In this document: one piece after another, positions 1-15,380 of the stretch
Numbering within the stretch: position 1 is the stretch's first letter
Layout of the letters: the number at the start of each line of letters is the position of its first letter
Assembly (NCBI RefSeq): GCF_009914755.1
Contig: NC_060937.1
Strand: one strand, 5' to 3'
DNA length: 64,000 bases
From: the human T2T-CHM13v2.0 reference genome, Homo sapiens
Translations under genes and position numbers: made by a program
The notes under the pieces: generated by a model
Database searches by the model: none
The model's input: only the letters and a program-made list of their open reading frames with translations
Told to the model about the DNA's origin: nothing

Positions 1-434
1 CATAAGCACACACTCATATGGAAGTTTCAGGAAAGTAATAAGCAGAGAAGTCCTGTAAGTCATGAGTTGGGGCAGGGGCAGGGATTGGAAAGGCTGAACT
101 TTTATTGTTAAATATACCTTGGGCAGTAGTGACCTTGGCTTTGGGCAAGATTCCTTAATTTTATTTTATTCCCAAATCTGTTGCAAAATGGAGAGTTCGC
201 AGGAGGTGGTTATTTTGGTGAGAATGAATTTCATGGTGGAACGGTCATGTGACTGGAGTCCATCAAGGGTGAGTTGTTTCCTTGTGAGTGGTTTGACTTC
301 CCTTTGGGTCAGCCTGAGTGAATGTCAGGTGCTTTTTCACATGGTGAAAGTGAGCTCTTCTGTAGCCACCTCTGAAGAAAGCTGGCCACTATGGAGCAGG
401 GGGCGGAGGGGTAAAGAGCTCCTCAATTCTTTGC

Positions 435-675
435 GGGCAATTCCCAAATCCAAACTCCTCTGAAAACTCAAAGACTTTGTTTTTTTAACTTCATTGGCGA
501 TAGTATTGGACCCAACCTGATGTGGGACTATTTGTAGATTTAACTGAAAATGTTAATATTAGTGTTTGATTATAGGTACTACCCAGGCCCTGTATGACAT
601 CCCATGTGATTTTCCACCATATTATTCTAAAAGTCAGAATGCTCCTGAATTCCCAAACACCTTCGATCAGGAAAG
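435..675 (-). mobile_element. Old TcMar-Tigger DNA transposon MITE (MER46C-like)
   Basis: Resembles recalled MER46C consensus (ctctgaaaact...atattagtgtttgattatagg...ctgaattcccaaacac); diverged, ends approximate. Confidence 0.5.
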
Positions 676-2205
676 ATCTCAATATTATGCTAAAAGACCC
701 CCTCAGTTGAGGATGAGGATACAAACAATCTGTCTTCACCTACTGGATAGGATGAAATTAGTCAAAAGGGTGAAGGAGAAAAGAGACTTGTCTAGCTACC
801 CTACTGCAACGTTATAGATAGAGATCCAGAGGTCACAGTCCCCTTACCTGCTCAAGGCCCTGTGACTCAAAAAAGAGAAAAGTAGGATTCTAGTCTGTCT
901 ATTTATCCCTTGATAAAAGCATCAGTTCTAGGCCTGCGGTATTCTCTAGGATGCTTCGGACAAAGCAATTTCCCTAGCTCTGTAAGTGAGACTATTAGCA
1001 AACTGAGGTCTCAGGGTTGGGTGATATATGTGGAAGGAGACTGTGAATCTTTTGGAGACCGTGAGCGATGTTAAATCAAAATTTTCACTGCCACGGCATT
1101 TCATCATTGTGAAATGTCATTTTCTTAGACAATTAGGTCTCCAAATTCTGCCAAAGGCCACTTAGTCTTTCCTTTCTCTTCTAGGAAGGAATGTGCCTAA
1201 ATTTTCCCAGAATAACGGGTGTTTCCTTCAGAGAAATAGATTGCTCAACCTGGCTCAGTGGCAGCCAAATCCAGAGAATAACAAAATTTAGGGCAGAATT
1301 TTTTTTTTCATATCATACCAAGAGTACTGTATAGAAATCCAAGGTACTGCATGATGGTCTGTGCTTAACTATGACAAAAAAAAAAAAAAAAGGGACTCAG
1401 AGGTTGCTATTGCTTAGTTATAACGGTGACAAACCCCTTAAGACTTTGATCAGACACTCAGGTTGTAACTTGTGGCATAACTATGGAGCATCGCCTGGGA
1501 AAGAATGGGAAACTACTTCCCTGACCAGTCTTTTAGCTTGTTTCCAGTTTAGGAGACTATAATGCAAACTGTCTATGCAAAACCAGGAATAACCTAGCTC
1601 TTTTAAGAGAGGGCTGAGGCTGAGGGAATGAAATACTTAAATGATTAGATAATTAATGATTAAATGCTGCTGGATCCAAGATTGGTGCTTTCTACTATTT
1701 CCTCTTTGTTCCTGGGCAGGACCTGAAGGTCCCTTGCAAAACCTCCAGATTGCCTTAAAGAATCTCTCCAAGCCTTGCTACCTACCTGCATTCTATACCT
1801 CCTTCTCCTTCTTCTCATGTCCCTGCCTCTTTCTCCCCCATTCCTTTATACCTGGGTTGTTTCTTCCTACTCAGCCCTTTAGTTAGTTGTCTTATTAAAT
1901 TGTGTTTTTTTCTGGGTCTCTACTCGTTTGTTAAGAGCAGTTGATCACCCTCAGTAGTGACTGACTAGAGGAACACTCTCCATGTTGGTTTCTGGCACAG
2001 AGTTTGTGCTCACTGAATGTGTTTCAAATTGAATATTCACAGTATCTCCGCCACAGCTATCTCTCTTTAGTCTGGCATTTCGTGGACGAGTGATGAGGAG
2101 AAACCAGCAGGTTTCTACATTCACACAAATTCTCAGCCACTTGGTTTTTCCCTTCCAGCTTGAATCATGAAGAGCTTCAGAATAACATTGGTTTTCTCAG
2201 ACTGG

Positions 2206-2614
2206 TGTATTAGCTGGGACAGACCAACTACTATCACATAGAATTTCAAAATTTCAAAGTTTAAAATTGGAATTAAAACTCCAAAATAAAACTTAATTTG
2301 TCACGTGTTTTGCAGCCCTAGCCTAGTTGGCTGACCAGTGGACAGCTTTCCTCCAGGCAGCAATTTAGCCTCTAGATCCTTAGACTTCTCCATTCATTGG
2401 GTGCAAAGGGAAATAAGAGAGAAAGAATTGTGGGCAGGAGGACGTCATAGACCAGGCCTGGAGGTTGGACCCATCACTTCTATTTAGGTTCCATTGACCA
2501 ATACCCAGTCACAGGCCACATCCAACTGGAAAGACAACTATGATATATTGCCCACCAGTATACTTGGAAGAAAGGCAAAGTGGTTTGGTGAACCACTAAC
2601 TGGTTGCTGGCACA
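2206..2614 (-). mobile_element. ERVL-MaLR solo LTR (MLT1J/K-like)
   Basis: tgtattag start; MLT1 motifs ccaggcctggagg...catcacttc...ccattgacca...agtcacaggccaca...tggtttggtgaaccacta...ggcaca. Confidence 0.6.
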
Positions 2615-4177
2615 GATGTCGTGGGTGAATATCTGTTTTTAGTAATCAAATGATTGCTAAAATGTTAAGAAAAAACATGGTAGCCTTAAAGAGTATATAG
2701 AAAGTCCTCAGCGATTCTTACAGTTGGGAAACCACTACATTTTGATATATTGAGTTATGGAAATGAAGTTGAATATATAAAAGTATATTAAAGCTTAAAA
2801 TATACATGGTTGATATACCAGAATTATGTCTGCCAATATGTTAAATGTTTTCCATGACAAAGGAATTTATGGTATTATAGCATATATTGAAGACAGTTCA
2901 GTTACATTTTTGCCATTTTTGCAGGATGTTTGACCCCTTCCTATTTCTCTTTTCATCTTTCAAAAGAAGAAAAGCTGCTTTATTTTATACGCTTACATGT
3001 ATAATCACGAAAAAACAAATGCAGAAATGAAGGAGAAAGGAGGAAGCAATAAAGGAAGAAGGAAAAGAAGGAAAGAAGAAAAGAAGAAAGGAAAAAACAC
3101 ACTAAAGACAGCACCATCATACTTATTTTTGTAACCATTTTGGTGTTATTTTGTAGTAATTGATTGCATTAAATTTTGAGGGTTTTTTTTGCCCCAACTG
3201 TGAAGAAATAAACAAGCAGAATTGCATTTCATTGTTCGTTTTGGCATTGAGTTTAATTGTTTTCCTTTTCTTTTAGTTATATTAGCTCATCCCTCCATTC
3301 ATCAGCACTCACTGCAGGCAGGATTCACTCCCAGTACAGGAGTACTATGGGTTTCTGGTGAAATGCACATTAAAAATAATCAAAGTGCAAGCAGTTTCAC
3401 AAACACTGTAACATGGAGGAGTTTCCGAAGAACGGCAGAGCCTGGAAAGAATAAGTAGGAACATAGCTACAAACCAGACAAGAGATCAAAGAAATCAACT
3501 TCTTCCTAAAACAACCAACTTTACAAAATTATCATCATGGGAGCTGCATGGACAATTCAAATGGCATTATTGAGGGTGAAGATGGAGAGACAGAAAGGGC
3601 TCAGAATGGAACGACAAATGGCCTGCATTAGCAGTCTGCCTATATTCAAGAAACTAAGCTTAATGTTTTTCCACCTAGTCCGTCTGTCCGTCCGTCCTTC
3701 CTTCCCCCACTTCCTTCCTTTTGTATATAGCATCTTCAATGTGAGAGATGCCTTGTTGAGGAATATCAGTTAACATTGTCCAGTGGTGTTCAAGAACCTC
3801 AAGGCTGACTGTCATTGGCAAAGAGGCTGAACAGCTGGCACATCAGGCAGGGGTAGGTTGTGTCAGCACAGACACTATGAATGAGTGGAAGCCCTGGGTT
3901 TTGCCTCTGGATCATGGATTGGAGTGTATTATAATAAAGGTGCTCAGGTAAGAGTGTTGGGTGACCCCCATGTGTTGCTTACCTTCCGCATTGCAATCTC
4001 ATTCATTCAGTCCACTTTTATTCAGTTACTGTTGAGCAAGATAGTCCTGGTCAATTGAAAAATGTGTGAGGCATGCCTATGACCTGCAGTGAATCCATGA
4101 GTCGGTAACAACTTCAATTCTTGCCTCCTTAGAAGAAAGAATTCCACTGAGAGGCATAAGGCAAAAGGAGCAACTAA

Positions 4178-4390
<213 letters not shown>

Positions 4391-4454
4391 TAGCCAGGAT
4401 GGTCTCGAACTCCTGACCTCATGATCCACCCGCCTCAGCCTCCCAAAGTGCTGG

Positions 4455-5997
4455 TGTGTCCGGAATTGGTGGGTTCTTGGTCTCACTGACTTCAAGAATG
4501 AAGCCGTGGACCCTTGTGGTGAGTGTTACAGTTCTTAAAGGTGGCGTATCCAGAGTTTGTTCCTTCTGATGTTCAGATGTGTTCAGAGTTTCTTCCTTTT
4601 GGTGGGTTCCTGGTCTCACTGGCTCAGGAGTGAAGCTGCAAACCTTCACGGTGAGTGTTACAACTCTTAAGGCAGCACGTCTGGAGTTGCTCATTCCTCC
4701 TGGTGGGTTCGTGGTCTCCCTGGCTTCAGGAGTGAAGCTGCAGACCTTCGCCGTGAGTGTTGCAGCTCGTAGAGGCAGTGTGGACTCAAAGAGTGAGCAG
4801 CAGCAAAATTTATTGCAAAGACCAAAAGAACACAGTTTCCACAGCATGGAAGTGCACCCCAGCGGGTTGCCACTAGTGGCACAAGCAGCCTGCTTTTATT
4901 CTCTTATCTGGCCCCACCCACATCCTGCTGATTGGTCCATTTTACAGAGAGCTGATTGGTCCATTTTACAGAGAGCTGATTGGTCCGTTTTGACAGGATG
5001 CTGATTGGTGCGTTTACAATCCCTGAGCTAGACGCAAAAGTTCTCCACGTCCCCACTAAATTAGCTAGATACAGAGTGCCCACACAAAGGTTCTCAAAGT
5101 CCCCACCAGAGTAGCTAGATACAGAGTGTCGATTGGTGCATTCACAAACCCTGAGCTAGACACAGGGTGCTGATTGGTGTGTTTACAAACCTTGAGCTAG
5201 ATACAGAGTGCCAATTGGTGTATTTACAATCCCTTAGCTGGACATAAAGGTTCTCCAAGTCCCCACCAGGGTAGCTAGATACAGAGTGTGGACTGGTGCC
5301 TTCACAAACCCTGAGCTAGACACAGGGTACTGATTGGTGTATTTACAATCCCTTATCTAGACATAAAGGTTCTCCAAGTCCCCACCAGATTCAGGAGCCC
5401 GGCTGGCTTCACCCAGTGGATCCCGCACAGGGGCCGCAGGTGGAGCTGCCTATCAGTCCCAGGCCGTGCGCCGGCACTCCTCAGCCCTTGGGTGGTGGAT
5501 GGGACTGGGCGCTGTGGAACAGGGGGCGGCGCTCGTCGGGGAGGCTCCGGCGGCGCAGGAGCCCACGAAGTGCGGGGGAGGCTCAGGCATGGCGGCAGGC
5601 TGCAGGTCTCGAGCCCTGCCCGGCGGGAAGGCATCTAAGGCCCGGCGAGAAATTCAGCACAGCAGCTACTGGCCCAGGTGCTAAGCCTCTCACTGCCCCG
5701 GCCCGCTGGCCGGCGGGCAGCTCCGAGTGCAGGGCCTCCCGAGCCCACGCCCACCCGGAACTCGCGCTGGCCCACAAGCACCGCGTGCAGCCCCGGTTCC
5801 CGCCCCCACCTTTCCCTCCACACCTCCCGGCAAGCTGAGGGAGCCGCCTCCGGCCTTGGCCAGCCCAGAAAGTGGCTCCCACAGTGCAGCAGCGGGTTGA
5901 AGGGCTCCTCAAGCGCGGCCAGAGTGGGCGCCAAGGCTGAGGAGGCGCCAAGAGCGAGCAAGGGCTGTGAGGGCTGCCAGCATGCTGTTACCTCTCA
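4455..5997 (-). mobile_element. LTR12 (ERV9) solo LTR, LTR12C-like, 1543 bp
   Basis: Termini tgtgtccggaattggtgggttc... and ...catgctgttacctctca; perfect 4-bp TSD ctgg (4451-4454, 5998-6001); GC-rich U3, tandem CCAAT repeats, repeated U5 units. Confidence 0.95.
4860..5400 (-). promoter_or_regulatory. LTR12 U3 enhancer/promoter (NF-Y CCAAT array, GATA, AATAAAA TATA-like box)
   Basis: At least eight ATTGG (reverse CCAAT) between 4931 and 5337; tgcttttattctcttatctg at 4891-4910 reads as GATA plus AATAAAA on the minus strand; activity not shown. Confidence 0.65.
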
Positions 5998-7447
5998 CTG
6001 GGATTACAGGCATGAGCCACCGCGCCCGGCCTGAGGTAAGTTTTAGAGCAGGAGTGAAAGTTTATTAAAAAGCTTTAGAGGAGAAACAAAAGAAAGTAAA
6101 GGACACTTGGAAGAGAGCCAAGTGGGCAACATGAAAGATCAAGCGTGTGGTTGACTTTTGACTTAGGTTTTTATATGTTGGCACACTTCCAGCGTCTTGT
6201 GTCCCTTCTCACATGATTCTTCCCTTAGGGAAGGCTGTTGGCATGCGCAGTGGCCTGCTAGCGCTTGGGAGGTGAGCATGCACGGTGTGTTTACTGGAGT
6301 TATATGCATGCTTACTTGAGGCATTCTTCCCTTAGCAGTTGATTGCCCCTAGAACCCTAGAGGGTCATATACCAGTTAAACTCCACCATTTTGCTTCTTA
6401 ATGCACATGCTTGAGCCCACTTACCCAGCCCCTGAGATCTTACTGAGAAGCTACTGATCACCAGTTCCAGGTTTTTTCTTTATATTGGAAGACTGCCTTT
6501 CCCTGGCACTGGCTGCAACCAATTATTATTTTAGAGAGACAGTTAACAACCACCTGACCATCACCTAATGATCACCTGACATTACTGGTTGGTAGGTGGG
6601 GAGCCCTCTCCTGCTCTGCTCATGCCTGACTAGCTACCTATGTAACATGACCACACTCTTTAGGAATGTACAATAATTATAATATGAAATGGTCAGGGCC
6701 ATCTGTAAGGTAGTTAGAAACCATGAGGGTACACATCTCTCTTCTGGGAAGAGTAAGGAAGCTTCAGAGAGAAATTCCTAGAATCTATTCCACTGCACAT
6801 TTTGACAGGGCCCCAAAGCATCCCAGACTTGCAGGCACTTTAGAATCAGAACTTTTACCCTTGCATATGACTGATTTATTTTACAATGTGTCCTGGAAGT
6901 AAGATAGTATAGTCTAGGTTCTTTCCCTGCAGTAACTGGACCAGGTATACAAAACCTCTTTGGTACTCAGAACCATTATAGCTTATGAAGACTTCTTCAG
7001 GAATATTAGAATTGCTAATTCGGGTTCTCTTGTCTCTTACAGTAAGTAGAATGACCCCAGTGAATCCAAGTGGCCAAATATTTTAGGCTTGTCTGATTCT
7101 ACTGCTTCCATGCAAATCTTGTATGGAAGTGGGGGAAAAAGGCAAATCCAGGGTCACACAGATTATTAGAAAAGAGGTTAGAATAAAATGTGGTCACAAA
7201 AATCCTCATCGGATTCTTACAGTAGATCATATGATTTGCTTTTCTGTGTGCCTATATGAAAAATATGTACTTATTGACAAAAATATATGAGTAAATATGT
7301 TCAATAAATCAATCGCAGCTATGTTTTAGATAGATGATTGGAGAAACTGTCATGGACCTAAGAATCACACTTTTTCTCTTTACTGTCAACAAGTTAGGAT
7401 GAATCATTTTACTCTGAAGAATAAGGATATGGTTATTTCTCATCATC

Positions 7448-7479
7448 GTTCAAGCTTGAGTGTGTTCAAGCTTGAGTGT
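7448..7479. repeat. Perfect 16-bp tandem duplication
   Basis: gttcaagcttgagtgt x2. Confidence 0.9.
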
Positions 7480-8121
7480 GTCTAAGAGCCTTTTCCTTCA
7501 AGGAGCCAGCATGCCATCCACGGAACTCACAACACTGGTTGCCAGAGTTCTCTGCTTTAGAAAATAAAAGTGGGTTGGCTATGACTTCTGTGCTTATTCA
7601 CTACACCTATGCCTAGAGTCCCTAAAGATTCTTTGGTTGCTTTTGACAATTGCAAATTGTATCTACAGCCACATTTCCATAGTCAATTCAGTGGTAGCTG
7701 ATTTGAGAACTGCTTCTTGATGTACTAGCACAGTATAGAGATTTTTCTACTTTGAAATGGCTAAAAGCAAAATTATAGGCTGGAAATATGGAAAATATTG
7801 TATGATGCAGAGGACCTTAAAATGCTTTCTAGCTTTAAGGTCTAAGATTCTGCAGAGTGCTTAGAATTAATTCTTGATTGTACCCTCCCTACCTCCAGCC
7901 CAATTCTCTTTTTGCAAGGATTTTTAAAGAATCAGAGCTGAATGTTTCAATGTCTGTCACCATTTTATCTGCATTTTCACAAGCATTTTAGCGATCATGT
8001 GAGTCATTTCTTTCTCACCTCCCACAAATAGCGTGGGTTAAATGGAGCTGTGGGAATTTTTTTTTTAAAGTAATAATTCTGACTTCACAATCTTTTAAAA
8101 AGACATTGCTTGCATTAAACA

Positions 8122-8122
<1 letters not shown>

Positions 8123-8162
<40 letters not shown>
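8123..8162. repeat. (AC)20 microsatellite
   Basis: Uninterrupted AC run. Confidence 0.97.
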
Positions 8163-8164
<2 letters not shown>

Positions 8165-8565
8165 AGCAAACAACCTACCAATACTGTTGCTTTTGAATGT
8201 TCTATAAGGTCGAATGCCAATGATTTGTGTTTTGTTGTGTTACGGTTGCCCAGCCTCCTTGATCTATTGTAGGCAGGGTTAAATTACAGAGTGAATTGGG
8301 GGACTGACCTCATTACATCATCTGTGCTGAATCACTGTCCTACAACTGTCGTCCTGAAGGCTCGGGCCAGACGTGGTAGTGCTGTCTTTCATTAATGTTA
8401 CATTAATATGATCAAGAAGATACTTTCTTCTCTTGCTTCTACCCCCACCCCCACCCCTCAGGTCTCTCATTTGCTAAACAATCAAATGCTTTCAAAATCC
8501 TGCAAAACAGCTTTCATTTTAAGGTTCTGATCAAAGGACTTGCATTGCAACATCCCCAGTATTTT

Positions 8566-8584
8566 CACTGCCCTCTAGTGGCTG
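8566..8584 (-). promoter_or_regulatory. CTCF binding motif
   Basis: Minus strand CAGCCACTAGAGGGCAGTG matches the core CCASYAGRKGGCRS; lies in apparently non-repeat DNA. Confidence 0.7.
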
Positions 8585-9282
8585 TTTTCAATTACATTTT
8601 GTTTTACAAAGAGGATTGTATCTTTGTTTCTTTACCGTGTTGGGTCTCAAATAAAAAGCTCTGTATGGCAAGTCATCTTCTAAGAACGTGATGTTATTGT
8701 GTTTGAAAAGAACAAGAGAAGAATGAGCAATTTTAATCTCGATTTGGCCTCATCTTTGCGGCTGTCTGAAAACTCCAAACCTCTGAAGTGTTAAGTAAAT
8801 TAACCCACATCTTCATAGCCCCCATTGGTGAATGCAATGGTTTAAGAATACTCGCTCTTTGAAGACCAAACTGCTTTTGTCTGCAACACTCTATTTAAGG
8901 GAAAACTAATTCTGGAATCCTGTCCAACCTCATAGCATTCTGAATGATTTCTACTTCCACTCTAATTATCAGCCAGAAGTATTATTTGTAATCATCAGCT
9001 TTCAATAATTTAAATAGGTAGTTGTTTGGCCAACTGTTTTTATTCAAAATGCCACAAAAGCTAAAATTCTATGTTGAATTTTATCCAGATGCTGTCTTCT
9101 TTTAGGACATGCCAGCTGAGACAGAGCAGTTGTTCATTTTTTTAAAATACCATGTCAGAAGCACATTTTTACTTCATGAATTCAACTGCAATCTAAAACG
9201 AAGACTACAGATTTATGTCTCAGTTCAGTTCAGTTGCTTGCCAAAACCAGAGGGAGGACATTTTTTTAAGAATTAATTTAAT

Positions 9283-9588
<306 letters not shown>

Positions 9589-10933
9589 TCAGCATGCTAA
9601 ATCACCAAACATAACCACACCCAAGCTATTTTATTCCTCAGAGACTATGGAGATGAGCTTTTCATTGTCTTTTTGAATTCTAGCAAGAACAGTTTTGGTG
9701 GTTCCTTTTTTTTTTAATCAATGAAAACAAAGCCCACTGTAAATAAATGTTTTCATGTATCACTACTTAATACTTCTATAAGGGTCCTAAATGCCTTTTG
9801 TCTACGTTTTCTTTAACACTCTTCTATACAAAGTAGATCAACCTCTTAATGTCAAAAAGAACTGAATCAGACAAAATCCAGATTTCTTAACAAATTTCTA
9901 TTGTCTCAAACTTTTTTAGTTCAATAATATTTTCCTTCTGGACAGCGAAGGAAATCCCTCTGAAATGTTCCAGAGCTGTACAATTGCAAAATTGAAAAGT
10001 TAGGTTAAAGGTTCTTCTGTGAAATTTGCTAGAGTTTGCAAGTCCCTGATTTTTTCATTGAACAATTTCAGGGAAGGTTTGTGTCTCCCTTTGTCTGGGT
10101 CTTTGTTCAAAAAGTGGCTAATTGCTATTAGCAAATGCAAATAAAAGACAGTTGCTTCAGTGCAGCTTGATTGCCAGTTCCCAGTAGGTTCCCTCCCGTT
10201 TCTAACTGTGGCTTTTCCAAGTTTTCATCCATCTCTGCAAGTCCTCCCCCTCCCCCACTCCTGACTCCCTACATTCACTGTCAGCAGATGCCCTTGTCTC
10301 TTACCTCACGGAGGAAGCAGGATCTATTTACAATAACTCCTTCAAGTTCCTTCTATTCAGTAAGCATACTTAACTTTGCAATCTTGCCCTTACCTCCTTT
10401 CTCAGGAGTGGGTGGGGTAGAGCAAAAAGACTCCTCTTTTATTTTTTTCTCTTATTTTCTGAGACCAGTCTCTCCACCTCGCTCCCATTTCCTCAGAGCC
10501 CTTGCTGCATCCTTGTCTCTTCTCTCTCATGTATCTTTCATCTCCCATTGGTCCCTGGCTTAATCCCCTCGACATATAAACATGACTCAGTTTCTCCCAG
10601 GGTATTGGTTTAAGTTCTGAGAGTCCAAATAACAGCCCCCAGTTCCCTCCAGAATACAGAGGCCACAAATGGCCCCTTGAACAGAAGCTGTGATGATTTT
10701 GGTCATGTGGTCCTGCTACCCTGGCCTCATTGGATTGGATTATGGATACGGGTGGCAGCCGAAGCAGCTCAGATATGACAGCCAAAACTACATTAATGCC
10801 TGAGTTCTGTTTGGGTTCCTGTTTGCAAGCAATAGAAAATAATTCTGGCAAATTTAACCTCAACGCGGGATTCCCTAGAAGGATATCTGTGTCTCACATA
10901 TCTACAGGAGCTTGGAGGACCTTGCTTTGAAAA

Positions 10934-11568
10934 CAAACAACCCCATCAAAAAGTGGGCGAAGGACATGAACAGACACTTCTCAAAAGAAGACATTTATGC
11001 AGCCAAAAAACACATGAAGAAATGCTCATCATCACTGGCCATCAGAGAAATGCAAATCAAAACCACTATGAGATATCATCTCACACCAGTTAGAATGGCA
11101 ATCATTAAAAAGTCAGGAAACAACAGGTGCTGGAGAGGATGCGGAGAAATAGGAACACTTTTACACTGTTGGTGGGACTGTAAACTAGTTCAACCATTGT
11201 GGAAGTCAGTGTGGCGATTCCTCAGGGATCTAGAACTAGAAATACCATTTGACCCAGCCATCCCATTACTGGGTATATACCCAAAGGACTATAAATCATG
11301 CTGCTATAAAGACACATGCACACGTATGTTTATTGCGGCACTATTCACAATAGCAAAGACTTGGAACCAACCCAAATGTCCAACAATGATAGACTGGATT
11401 AAGAAAATGTGGCACATATACACCATGGAATATTATGCAGCCATAAAAAATGATGAGTTCATATCCTTTGTAGGGACATGGATGAAATTGGAAACCATCA
11501 TTCTCAGTAAACTATCGCAAGAACAAAAAACCAAACACCGCATATTCTCACTCATAGGTGGGAATTGA
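10934..11568 (+). pseudogene. L1 ORF2p C-terminal fragment (intact frame; no promoter, EN or RT)
   Basis: ORF 10912-11568 encodes ...[18 protein letters not shown]...[10 protein letters not shown], the ORF2 cysteine-rich domain; the nominal start is a TTG in flanking DNA. Confidence 0.9.
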
Positions 11569-11771
11569 ACAATGAGATCACATGGACACAGGAAGGGGAA
11601 TATCACACTCTGGGGACTGTGGTGGGGTCGGGGGAGGGGGGAGGGATAGCATTGGGAGATATACCTAATGCTAGATGACACATTAGTGGGTGCAGCGCAC
11701 CAGCATGGCACATGTATACATATGTAACTAACCTGCACAATGTGCACATGTACCCTAAAACTTAGAGTATA

Positions 11772-11802
<31 letters not shown>
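10934..11802 (+). mobile_element. L1HS Ta (Ta-0 type), 5'-truncated, about 870 bp
   Basis: Ta diagnostics ACA at 11680-11682 and G at 11765 (cttaGagtataat); ccaaaGgaCtat (11286/11289) is the Ta-0 state; pure A29 tail 11774-11802; probable TSD gaaaa 10929-10933/11803-11807. Confidence 0.93.
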
Positions 11803-11804
<2 letters not shown>

Positions 11805-12424
11805 AAAGAGACAGAAACCGAAGTGCTTTGGGGCTGTGCATGGGAGCACAGCAAACGTTACATCTGAGGAGCAACAGGTTCAGCTTACTGCCTCTGCTGC
11901 TTCTTCTTCAATGGGGTGGCCCAGAGCTGTCTCTACACTTGTCTGATAGGAAGAGGCCAAGTGACATGTGTGTTCCATAGCTGGGCTGGGCAGGAAGAGA
12001 GAGCGTTGGCCCATTGGCTACTGTGTGGAATGTGGATTCCATTTCTACATCTACGTAGTTGGAGATTCCTCCAAAAGGAAATTGGAATGTCAACAGGAGT
12101 TGGGTGCTGGATAGCCCAAACCAATGAATGGTGGCTACAGATGGTTACTCTAACACAATGAGGCGCTCTGTTGGAGAGCATGAATGTGAGACACAGAGAG
12201 AGAGGAGTAGAAAGCAGGAGGAACAGAGACGCAATAGCAGAGAGAAGCAAAGATGAAATAGATTAAAAGAGCAGCTGGGAGATAGGGAAGTCATGTCATG
12301 AAAATGGTAGAGTCATGTGAGTAGAAAGGACAGATGGATATCCACTCTGAGGAACGGTGAGACAATGGGTGACCATAGGTACTGGGTTGCTTGTGACACT
12401 GGAGCTGGCACAATTTTGGAGGAG

Positions 12425-12660
12425 AATGTAGTATTACCTAGTTCACAGGCTCTTGAGTCAGAGAATCATGGGTGTCCCTGGGATTCAAATCCCAGCTTCA
12501 TCACTCACCTGTCCTGTGACTTCATTTCTTAACCACTGCATGCCCCAGTTTCTTCATCTGTGAAAACTGTAATTACGACACATGGTTGGTGTAAGAAAGG
12601 AAAATGCATATAAGTGCTGAGCATAATTCCTGACATATTAAATGTTAGCTGTTATTATTG
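12425..12660 (+). mobile_element. MIR SINE
   Basis: gggattcaaatcccagcttc...cagtttcttcatctgtgaaa...aaatgttagctgttattatt. Confidence 0.8.
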
Positions 12661-12740
12661 CAATTGTTATTTTATGTCTCCCAAAGTTTTGCAAATCCTA
12701 TTCTAGTCCTTTATCTTCATAAAATATTTCAATTCATCTT

Positions 12741-15124
<2,384 letters not shown>

Positions 15125-15217
15125 CAATTCATCTTTTAAAATCTAGCGTAGATGTTACCTCCTCTGAAAATCCATCCATGAGTCTTCCCTGTGTCTTAGG
15201 CAGAAGCAACAATGCAG

Positions 15218-15380
15218 TTCATTCTCTATTCAGGTCAACACTTATTGAGTGATTACTATATGCAAGGCATAGTATTTTCTAGATGCTGGAGATATAAAAA
15301 AATGTCACAGACATGGTTTGGTTCCTCAAAAGCCTATAATTTAAAGGGAGAAACAGAGACACCATAATTTTAATATCTTG
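15218..15380 (-). mobile_element. L2 3' end fragment
   Basis: ttcattc...caacacttattgagtgattactatatgcaaggca...gatgctggagatata. Confidence 0.65.

Larger units (their letters stand above)
10800..12139 (-). mobile_element. Old MLT1 (K/L-like) MaLR LTR interrupted by L1HS
   Basis: gggttcctgtttgcaagcaatagaaaataattctggc at left; ...gggtgctggatagcccaaaccaatgaatggtggctaca at right; sequence is continuous across the L1 site. Confidence 0.55.

Noticed and set aside
119-817. ORFs of 82-114 aa at the window start
   Set aside because: Mostly non-ATG starts, overlap with a DNA-transposon remnant, and no recognisable protein.
4927-5390. Regular repeats that could be mistaken for a CRISPR array
   Set aside because: These are the tandem U3 enhancer units of LTR12 and have no unique spacers.
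4419-6034. Cluster of 60-142 aa ORFs on both strands
   Set aside because: They lie in the GC-rich LTR12 and the adjacent Alu, where stop codons are scarce, and resemble no protein I recognise.
10912-11568. 218-aa ORF as a functional gene
   Set aside because: It is the L1 ORF2 C-terminus of a 5'-truncated insertion, with a TTG start in flanking DNA and no promoter.
11803-11900. 3' transduction after the L1HS tail
   Set aside because: There is no second poly(A) or distal TSD, and the sequence continues the MLT1 element from the left flank.
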